From NCBI GenBank assembly GCA_016784145.1, contig JADHVF010000001.1, positions 90,367-154,366 of the forward strand: 64,000 bases of DNA, written 5' to 3'. The stretch is from Patescibacteria group bacterium (GTDB taxonomy: Bacteria; Patescibacteriota; Patescibacteriia; UBA2591; UBA6264). Within the stretch, counting starts at the first letter, position 1. Every line of letters begins with the position of its first letter. Shown here piece after piece: positions 56,847-64,000 of this stretch. The notes beneath the pieces are model-generated. The model did no database searches. It worked only from the letters and a program-made list of their open reading frames with translations, and was not told the DNA's origin. The position numbers and the translations under genes were made by a program.

Positions 56847-59327
56847 TTATTTATTATAAGGTAATTTAAAATAAAAAGTAGCCCCTTGATTCTCTTTTGA
56901 TTTAAAGCCCATCTCTCCACCAAAAGCTTCTATTAGCCCTTTGGCTAAATAAAGCCCTAGCCCTGTACCAGGTTTTTGAGATACATTTTCAGCTCTAAAA
57001 AATCGATTAAATATCTTATCTTTTTCTTTAGCAGGAATACCAACTCCATTATCTTTTACTGAATAAATAATTTGTTGTTTCACATCATCTGTATGAATCT
57101 CTATTGTAATTTCCCCTCCCTCTGGAGAATATTTAACCGCATTATCAAGTAAAATAATAATAATTTGCCGCATTTTCTCTAAATCAACTTCAACTTTTGG
57201 CAAAGATTTTAAATTTTTATTAAAGATTACTTTTGCTTTTTTCTTGGCCAAATATGGCTTATATTCTTCTATTATTTTATCAGTCAATTCTTTTAATTGT
57301 ATTTGTTTTAAGTCAAAAACCAATCTACTTGATTCCATTCTAGAGACATCAAGTAAATCATTAATTAACTCAATCATTCTAGTAGCCCCTCTATGAACTC
57401 TTTGTATTTGTTCTACTTCTTGCTTGTCTGCATTGTCTTTTTTTTGATGTAACATCATTTCTACCCCCCATTTAATAATTGTGGCAGGGGTTCTTAATTG
57501 ATGAGAAGCCAAAGAAACAAACTCTGACTTTATTCTTTCTATTTCTCTTTCTTGAGTAATGTCCCTAAAAACAATCACCGCTCCAATAATATTTTTATTT
57601 TCGTCTTTAATAGGAGCAGATGAACAAGCTATTGGAATTTTGTTTTTATTTTTATGAACAAGCACAGTATGATTTCGCATACTTGTTGTTCTACCGCTAT
57701 CTATTGCTTTAATAATAAATTTTTTATTAACAGAATTATCATTTTCTTTTAAAAATTCAAAAACTTTATCATATTTTTTGCCTAAACAATTATTGGCTTC
57801 AAAACCTGATATTTTAACTGCTGAAGGATTTATTAAAATTAATTTTTGGCCATTATCAATAACAAAAACGCCGTCACCAATGCTATTTAGCATTGCTTGA
57901 ATCCTGTTTTTCTCTCTTTCAATCTGATTTTTCGCTTGAGCTAGCTGTTTTGTTCTTTGTCTCACTTTGGCTTCCAAAGTAGCATAATATTGTTTTAATT
58001 TAACAGCCATTTCATTAAACTTTTCACCCAAAACTTGAATTTCATCTTTTGTTTTGATTTTGATTTGATATGAAAGATTCCCTCTGCTCATTTCATCAAC
58101 TCCTTTAACTAGCTCTTCCATTGGTTTTGTAATTAATTTTGACCCAAAAAATATTATTATTAAAAGAAAAAAACAAGCCAAAAAAAGAATTGCTATTATA
58201 AAATTTTTCACTAACACAGCACTCTGAATAACTTCATTAACTGGCACAACAAAACCAAGTACCCATCCTGTATTTTCAATTGGATGTGATGCAATGTATT
58301 TTTTTACTTTATTGAATTCAACTATTTTTGGCTCATGAACATGTTTTTGTTCTATCATTTCTGATATAACATTTTTAAATTGTTGATTTGAAAGATTAGC
58401 TAATAAATTATATTTTCTAATTTCGGAAATTTTTAAATTTTCTTTTTTATATTCTAAATCCGCTCCTGCTCTAACTGGAAAACTAATTGCCATGGCCTGA
58501 GAATCAATTAAAAAAGCATAACCTGTTTCCCATAACTTAATATCAATTATTCTGTTTGTAATATTTGACAATTTCATATCCATGCCTGTTACGGCAATCA
58601 TTTTATCGTCTTTATAAACAGGGGCTAATACAGAAGTAACTAATCCATGACCACTAACATCAAGATATGGTGGACTCCATTTTGCTTGTTTGCCTGGATT
58701 TAATTTTTTATCAAGATTGTCCCAAAAAATAGGGTCTATTCCATCTTTATTTAAATCAGCTGGCAAAACATCAATAGCAACTCCGCCTTGTTTCTCAGGC
58801 ACAGCATCATAATTTGGATAAAGACGATACCAAGAATAATTGTCTCCTATAATATATAAACTATCTATATTTTTATTCTCTTGCTTTATAGAAGGAAAAA
58901 TAAAATCCAAATTAGAAGATAGTGTTAAATTCTTTTTTATCTCATCATTAAAGTCAACCCAATTAAAAACAATTACTGAACTCTGTTCATTTGCGCTATT
59001 ACCATATTGTCCGTCTTTCCCTTGAAAAAGATTATCAGTTGACCATTGGTCAGGACGATAAAACATGGCTTGATTATTATAAACATTAGTTGCAAAATCA
59101 GCTAAATTTTTAGTACTTGATTTTACTTTTGACAAAACAGCGTCAATTCTCTTTGCCTCTATGTGATAAGAATCAAATCGTTCAAAGGCTTCTTTTTCTA
59201 ATGCCTTGGTTGTATAGGAAACAGATACAAATCCTATTATTGAAATTGGCAAAATAGATAATAATAAAAAAATGAGAATAATTTTTTTATTAAATCCAAA
59301 TTTTATTTTTTTGTTAAAATCGTCCAT
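56847..59327 (-). CDS. Sensor histidine kinase (dCache, HAMP, PAS, HisKA, HATPase)
   Basis: WSPPYLD cache motif, HAMP (DEIQVL...FNEM), PAS, SHQLRTP, NAVKY, DNGVG, GLGL. Confidence 0.95.
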   Translation of the reverse strand: MDDFNKKIKFGFNKKIILIFLLLSILPISIIGFVSVSYTTKALEKEAFERFDSYHIEAKRIDAVLSKVKSSTKNLADFATNVYNNQAMFYRPDQWSTDNLFQGKDGQYGNSANEQSSVIVFNWVDFNDEIKKNLTLSSNLDFIFPSIKQENKNIDSLYIIGDNYSWYRLYPNYDAVPEKQGGVAIDVLPADLNKDGIDPIFWDNLDKKLNPGKQAKWSPPYLDVSGHGLVTSVLAPVYKDDKMIAVTGMDMKLSNITNRIIDIKLWETGYAFLIDSQAMAISFPVRAGADLEYKKENLKISEIRKYNLLANLSNQQFKNVISEMIEQKHVHEPKIVEFNKVKKYIASHPIENTGWVLGFVVPVNEVIQSAVLVKNFIIAILFLACFFLLIIIFFGSKLITKPMEELVKGVDEMSRGNLSYQIKIKTKDEIQVLGEKFNEMAVKLKQYYATLEAKVRQRTKQLAQAKNQIEREKNRIQAMLNSIGDGVFVIDNGQKLILINPSAVKISGFEANNCLGKKYDKVFEFLKENDNSVNKKFIIKAIDSGRTTSMRNHTVLVHKNKNKIPIACSSAPIKDENKNIIGAVIVFRDITQEREIERIKSEFVSLASHQLRTPATIIKWGVEMMLHQKKDNADKQEVEQIQRVHRGATRMIELINDLLDVSRMESSRLVFDLKQIQLKELTDKIIEEYKPYLAKKKAKVIFNKNLKSLPKVEVDLEKMRQIIIILLDNAVKYSPEGGEITIEIHTDDVKQQIIYSVKDNGVGIPAKEKDKIFNRFFRAENVSQKPGTGLGLYLAKGLIEAFGGEMGFKSKENQGATFYFKLPYNK

Positions 59328-59431
59328 ATTGTTTTAATTATAAACAAAAAACCATATATTGACAAATGGTTATTTTTTTGATATATTTAATTTAGTACAT
59401 TAAAAATAAAACAAAACCCAAGGAGGTTATA

Positions 59432-60139
59432 ATGAATTATTCTCAAAATCCAACTAGATTGAGAAGTTTACTTACCATCTATCAAATAAAAATTAATTTA
59501 TTAAAAGAAGGTATATATAAATTAATATACTTAATTGATAGCACGGAAAAGGAAATCAATGAAACATTTATTGAGCAAGCTACTAGCGCTGGTTCTAATA
59601 ATGCTGAACTAATTGAAGAATTTTGGGAGTTTGCATCAGACAACATAGATGAAATGACAGAAATTTCCAAGCTCTACGTTGGAGCAATGATAATAGAAGG
59701 ATCAGCTTTAATAGAAAGAATGATAATACAAGTCTCATTCATTGTCCAAGATATTGAACAATGTCCAGATGCGCCAGACAAAGAAAATCAATCAAATTAT
59801 TTCACTGATTCAATCAAAGCAATGGAATATATTGATAACCTTACTCAAATATCTCTTAAGAAGTCTCATTCATGGGAAAAAATAAAACTATTAAGAGATT
59901 TGCGACAAAAATTGGCTCATGGTTTTTTCTCTTTTAGGTTAAAACCAAATGAATTTAAAAATTATAATGCCAAGTTCAAAACAAGCAAGCATCCTCTTCT
60001 AATTAAAATTAATGAAAAAAATAATCTGTATGAATGTTCTTTATATGGAGATATTGAAATTTTAATGAGAATAGGTTGGAATTTTCTTGACTTTATTAAT
60101 GAAGTTGAAACAGCGTTAAGGATAAAATATTCCTTTTAA
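59432..60139 (+). CDS. Helical orphan protein with a HEPN-like Rx4H motif
   Basis: WEKIKLLRDLRQKLAHG; promoter TTGACA(59359)-N17-TATATT; AAGGAGG 59420-59426; terminator downstream. Confidence 0.7.
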   Translation: MNYSQNPTRLRSLLTIYQIKINLLKEGIYKLIYLIDSTEKEINETFIEQATSAGSNNAELIEEFWEFASDNIDEMTEISKLYVGAMIIEGSALIERMIIQVSFIVQDIEQCPDAPDKENQSNYFTDSIKAMEYIDNLTQISLKKSHSWEKIKLLRDLRQKLAHGFFSFRLKPNEFKNYNAKFKTSKHPLLIKINEKNNLYECSLYGDIEILMRIGWNFLDFINEVETALRIKYSF

Positions 60140-60160
60140 AGTAACCTTGAGTAAATAAAT

Positions 60161-60191
60161 AAAAAGGAGCGATAAAAAATCGCTCCTTTTT
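60161..60191. terminator. Bidirectional terminator
   Basis: AAAAAGGAGCGAT-aaaaa-ATCGCTCCTTTTT. Confidence 0.9.
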
Positions 60192-60396
60192 TCTTTCTCT
60201 TTTATCAACTTAAGCACCCCTCTTCAATGGTTGGCAAGAGGCCATACCTTCCTTGAAAGCCGATCCTCTAAAGTACAAATTCTCTGCTTTTTTTAAAAGC
60301 AGAGGCATAAAATAATATAATCCAAATATTGACAATCGCCCCTTTTTCTGCTACCCTTAAAATATTGTTCATTAAAATAAAAAAAGGAGGGAACAA

Positions 60397-61128
60397 ATGG
60401 AAAAACTAATAAAAATTCTTTCTCAATTTTTGGTAAAAATCCATAATTATAAAGAAAAGTGGATTCAATCAAAAATAAAAGAATATATTGATGATTTTGA
60501 GAAAAGAGCTAAAAAGAAAAAACAGTATTGGTTTGAGAAAATAGCAGATATAATTATTCTCCCTTTAATAAGAAAAAAAATAGTGAATGGGCCTAATCTT
60601 ATATCTATCTTTAGAATAATATTAGCAATACCTATTTTTATTTTTGTTATTGATGAACATTATATTATATCTTTAATATTTTTTATCTCAGCCATGCTAC
60701 TTGATGTAATTGATGGACCATTAGCAAGAGTATTAAACCAAGAAAGCGAACTAGGAGCAAAACTTGATCCTTTAGGAGACAAGTTAGTATTTGCGGCTGT
60801 TTTTCTTCCGCTTGGATTTAATTGGTTAGCACCATGGATTTTTTGGACTGTTTTAATCCTTGAACTAAACATGGTGTTTATCTTTTTTATGTTAACACCA
60901 TTAGCTCGTAGATTAAACTTTGGTTGGAGACAAAAATCTACTTTGCCTGGTAAAACCAAATTATTTCTACAAGTAATTGGTTGTAGTTTTCTTATTTTGA
61001 GTTGCGTGTTGCATGTTTCAAAAAATATGAATGTTGTTGCAAGTATATTTCTTGTCGCTAGCATTCCGTTTTCAGTAATTGCAATCATCTCTCATCTCAT
61101 TTCAATCAAAAAAAACACCCTTAAATAA
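60397..61128 (+). CDS. CDP-alcohol phosphatidyltransferase family protein
   Basis: PNLIS.FR, DVIDGPLAR...ELGAKLDPLGDK; promoter TTGACA(60329)-N17-TACCCT; AAGGAGG 60384-60390. Confidence 0.9.
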   Translation: MEKLIKILSQFLVKIHNYKEKWIQSKIKEYIDDFEKRAKKKKQYWFEKIADIIILPLIRKKIVNGPNLISIFRIILAIPIFIFVIDEHYIISLIFFISAMLLDVIDGPLARVLNQESELGAKLDPLGDKLVFAAVFLPLGFNWLAPWIFWTVLILELNMVFIFFMLTPLARRLNFGWRQKSTLPGKTKLFLQVIGCSFLILSCVLHVSKNMNVVASIFLVASIPFSVIAIISHLISIKKNTLK

Positions 61129-61150
61129 AAATTTAGGGGTGTATTTTTTT
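61115..61150. terminator. Bidirectional terminator between convergent genes
   Basis: ACACCCTTAAAT-aaaa-ATTTAGGGGTGT flanked by A and T runs. Confidence 0.8.
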
Positions 61151-61186
61151 ATCCCTATTATCAAGTAAAGAAAAACAAATTAAAAA

Positions 61187-62113
61187 TTAATAAAATATTT
61201 TTTTATACCACTTAACTGTCAATTTAGCGCCTTTTTTAATATTATATTTTGGATTATATCCCAACAACTTTTTTGCTTTTGAAATATCAGCCATATATTG
61301 CAAAACCTCCCCTGCTCTATTATTCTTAAGCAAAACATGACTGTTGCTTTTCATTTCTCTGATTATTAATTTTGCTACATCAAGCAATCTATGAGATTGA
61401 CCAGAACTTAAATTAAATGTATTATTTTTAATTTTTGAAAATTTTTTAATAGCCAAGTAAATACCAGAAATACAATCATCAATATACGTAAAATCTAGCA
61501 TCTTCTCTTCCCCATAAATAAATATATTTTTATTCTGATTGGCTTTTGAAATGAAAAGAGGAAATAAACGGTCTGATTTATCATATTTTCCATAAACATT
61601 TGAAAACCGAAATATAATATAATCAATGTCATAAGAATTGCCATAAGACGCTATTAAGGCCTCGCCAGCCATTTTACTAGCTGCATAAGGACTAGCACAG
61701 CTATCAATATTTTCATTGTCATTTTCTTTATAAACCATGGCTCCATTATTACCATAAACCTCCCTGCTGCTTGAAAAAATAATTTTACATATCTTATTTT
61801 TTCTAACAACCTCTAATATATTATATATCATTTCCATGTTCTCAAATGCAAGCCGAGGATTAACAACTAAATCATAAACTCTAGCATTAGCTGCCAAATG
61901 AATTATTAAATCAATATTTTTAGGAATTTTTTCAATATCTTTATTTTTAAGCAAATCCCCTCTTATTGTTAATTTATTCAACTTTTTCTCCCAGACATTT
62001 TCTTTTTTATCAATTCCAATTACATTATATCCCTTGTCTAATAAAAACATAAACAAAGCCGTCCCAATTGTTCCGCTTGAACCAGTTATTAAAATTTTTA
62101 ATTTTTTATTCAT
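61187..62113 (-). CDS. NAD-dependent epimerase/dehydratase (extended SDR)
   Basis: ITGSSGTIG, HLAA, SSREVYG, YAASK, RFSNVYG. Confidence 0.93.
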   Translation of the reverse strand: MNKKLKILITGSSGTIGTALFMFLLDKGYNVIGIDKKENVWEKKLNKLTIRGDLLKNKDIEKIPKNIDLIIHLAANARVYDLVVNPRLAFENMEMIYNILEVVRKNKICKIIFSSSREVYGNNGAMVYKENDNENIDSCASPYAASKMAGEALIASYGNSYDIDYIIFRFSNVYGKYDKSDRLFPLFISKANQNKNIFIYGEEKMLDFTYIDDCISGIYLAIKKFSKIKNNTFNLSSGQSHRLLDVAKLIIREMKSNSHVLLKNNRAGEVLQYMADISKAKKLLGYNPKYNIKKGAKLTVKWYKKIFY

Positions 62114-63365
62114 GTTTTAAGGCTTTAATTGGATTAAGTTTAGCTGCTTTTTTAGCAGGATAAATACCGAAAACAAGACCAATGATTACTGCAATCAAAA
62201 AAGCAATGCTAACTGCTAACCAAGAAATTGTTAAAGGCCAGGTCAGGCCCTGTTGTTGAGCACCAAATCCTATTAAAAATGAAAATAATATTCCTGTTAA
62301 AGTCCCAATCAGCCCACCTACACCAGTAATAATAAGTCCTTCAATTAAAAATTGACCCAAGATATCTCTACTTGAAGCCCCTAGTGATTTTCTTAACCCT
62401 ATTTCTTTTGTCCTTTCAGTAACATTTACCAACATTATATTCATTATTCCAACTCCACCGACCAACAAAGAAATAGCTGCTAAAAACCCTAACAATAAAT
62501 TCAAGACATAACTAATTTCATTTATTTGATTTAAGATTTCTTCCATGGTTGTAATTTGAAAATCATCTTTACTAGGGTCAATAATATTATGATTTTGACG
62601 CAACATTCTAGATATTTCTTTTATTGCTCGCGCAGAATATGTTTCATCTTTAATTGTCAGAGCTATTTCAGTTAAATAATTAATTCCTAAAATTTGTTTA
62701 AGGGCTGTCTCTAATGGAATGTAAAGAAAATCATTCATATCTATGCCCCCCATAGCAATCCCCCCCATTGGCTTTAATACTCCAATTATCTCATAATTTT
62801 GTCCTTTTATTTTTATTTTCTTTTCTAAAGGATTATTTTTTTTAAAAAAATGATTAGCCAAATTATTTCCCAAAACAACCACCCTGGCCAATGACTTTTC
62901 TTCTGAATCAGTGTAAAATCTTCCCTTGTCTATTTTAGCTGTTTTTATAACCAAAGGAAAATCAGCGCTAGCCCCATAAAAAATTGTTCTTTTCTCGTTA
63001 TTTTTATAAGCCACCCAATCCTGTCCAAATGCTTGTCCATAAACAGCTTCTATGTATGGAAATCTTTGTTTGTTTTTAAGCGCTTTAATATCATCTGTTT
63101 TTAAAGTTGTTATCTTTATCCCCTTGGCAACTGAAACAATTGTACCCATTTGATTGTCTCCGGGGACCTTAATAGCTATATCAAGAATATTTGGACCAAA
63201 TGCTTCTATTTCGTTCGTCACAAACCCTTTTAATCCCTGTCCCACTGAAAGAATAATAACAACCGAGGCCACTCCTATTACAATTCCTAAAATTGAAAAA
63301 AAACTACGCAGTTTGTTTAATTTCAAGGCAATAATTGATTGTTTTAAAATAGAAATTTTATTCAT
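62106..63365 (-). CDS. MacB/FtsX-like ABC transporter permease
   Basis: RSFFSILGIVIGVASV, ISLLVGGVGIMNIML..VTERTKEIGLRK, YPAKKAAKLNPI. Confidence 0.93.
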   Translation of the reverse strand: MNKISILKQSIIALKLNKLRSFFSILGIVIGVASVVIILSVGQGLKGFVTNEIEAFGPNILDIAIKVPGDNQMGTIVSVAKGIKITTLKTDDIKALKNKQRFPYIEAVYGQAFGQDWVAYKNNEKRTIFYGASADFPLVIKTAKIDKGRFYTDSEEKSLARVVVLGNNLANHFFKKNNPLEKKIKIKGQNYEIIGVLKPMGGIAMGGIDMNDFLYIPLETALKQILGINYLTEIALTIKDETYSARAIKEISRMLRQNHNIIDPSKDDFQITTMEEILNQINEISYVLNLLLGFLAAISLLVGGVGIMNIMLVNVTERTKEIGLRKSLGASSRDILGQFLIEGLIITGVGGLIGTLTGILFSFLIGFGAQQQGLTWPLTISWLAVSIAFLIAVIIGLVFGIYPAKKAAKLNPIKALKHE

Positions 63366-64000
63366 ACCTTAGTGCATCTATAGCATTTAATTTAGAAGCT
63401 TTGTTAGCTGGCCAAAGTCCAAAGATTAAACCAATGCTCACAGCCATTATGGTCGCATAAAAAATAGCAATTGGTTCAATAATAAACTGCCAATCATATC
63501 CAAAATAATTTACAATAATGCTCGCCAATAAAGCAATCAAAATTCCTAAAACAATTCCAATTATTCCACCAATTAATGTAATGACAGCACTTTCAATTAA
63601 AAATTGAATAATAATATCCTTTTTACTTGCTCCCAAGGCCTTCCTCAACCCAATTTCCTGAGTTCTTTCATTTACATTCACAAACATAATATTCATAATA
63701 CCAATTCCGCCAACAATTAAAGAAATAGCTGCCACAGCAGCTAAAAATAATTGAAGTGCCTGAGTAACTGTTCCTAAAATATCCATTGCTTGAACAGTTG
63801 TTTTAATAGTAAAATCGTCTTTACTCGGGTCTTTTATATTATGTCGATAACGAATTAATCTAGCTATTCTTGCTTGAACCAGAGAAACATTATCTGATTT
63901 ATCAACCTTAGCCCTTATAAAAGCCAAATGATTTACCCCTAGAAGTAATTTTTGGGCTGTTTTCAAAGGTACAAAAATTAACTGATCTTGATTCTCAAAC
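63358..64000 (-). CDS. MacB/FtsX-like ABC transporter permease (5' end outside the window)
   Basis: ISLIVGGIGIMNIM..ERTQEIGLRK; frame open to the window edge. Confidence 0.92.
   Translation of the reverse strand, partial: FENQDQLIFVPLKTAQKLLLGVNHLAFIRAKVDKSDNVSLVQARIARLIRYRHNIKDPSKDDFTIKTTVQAMDILGTVTQALQLFLAAVAAISLIVGGIGIMNIMFVNVNERTQEIGLRKALGASKKDIIIQFLIESAVITLIGGIIGIVLGILIALLASIIVNYFGYDWQFIIEPIAIFYATIMAVSIGLIFGLWPANKASKLNAIDALRYE

Noticed and set aside
60212-60308. Minus-strand 32-codon ORF containing ENLYFRG, resembling a TEV protease site
   Set aside because: No SD or other support; the resemblance is most likely coincidence.
702-61150. Integron explanation for the mini-units
   Set aside because: No intI and no RYYYAAC...GTTRRRY attC sites were seen. 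The units are dispersed, in both orientations, and have their own promoters.
1243-63372. Many 60-230 aa ORFs antisense or out of frame inside long genes (e.g. 7426-8121, 28964-29413, 60660-61088)
   Set aside because: They overlap well-supported genes and show no motifs or initiation signals.
1-64000. Alternative genetic code (UGA = Gly, as in Gracilibacteria/Absconditabacteria)
   Set aside because: Conserved genes are full length under code 11, and TGA ends genes (e.g. at 26960 and 40615).

Overview
Very AT-rich bacterial chromosome segment using the standard genetic code (TGA is a stop). Gene content points to Patescibacteria/CPR, probably Parcubacteria (inference): VirB2-like pilin fusion, stand-alone VirD4/TraG-like ATPase, short DnaX, CPR-type repeat proteins and genes that mostly lack Shine-Dalgarno (SD) sites. 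Housekeeping genes include csoR with its operator, dnaX, tRNA-Gln(CUG), a GldA/F/G-like ABC system, two M23 peptidases, mgtE, polX, dCMP deaminase, tsaC, a UPF0182 protein, cyclophilin, gltX, CIRCE-controlled clpB, lemA, fmt, mrdA/mreD/mreC, rpsU, parA/parB, a two-component pair and MacB-like permeases. No CRISPR array, transposase, integrase or reverse transcriptase was recognised. Four things stand out. (1) About nine self-contained mini transcription units sit between core genes. They share most of: TTGACA-N14-TGn-(-10) promoter, a boxA-like GT(T/A)CATT(A/G)AA at the predicted start site, a strong GGAG(G) SD, one orphan or decayed ORF, and a terminator. Core genes, by contrast, look leaderless or SD-less. 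(2) An ABC-F + radical SAM pair is bracketed by a 34-bp duplication of such a promoter. (3) A ~15-kb tightly packed run joins rpsU, a 1679-aa VirB2-pilin/Ig fusion, a GspG-like/Cys-rich/FN3 protein and Ca-repeat membrane proteins to mreC-mreD-mrdA. (4) Several ~100-nt structured intergenic elements are candidate sRNAs. All calls come from reading the sequence by eye; no database searches were run.
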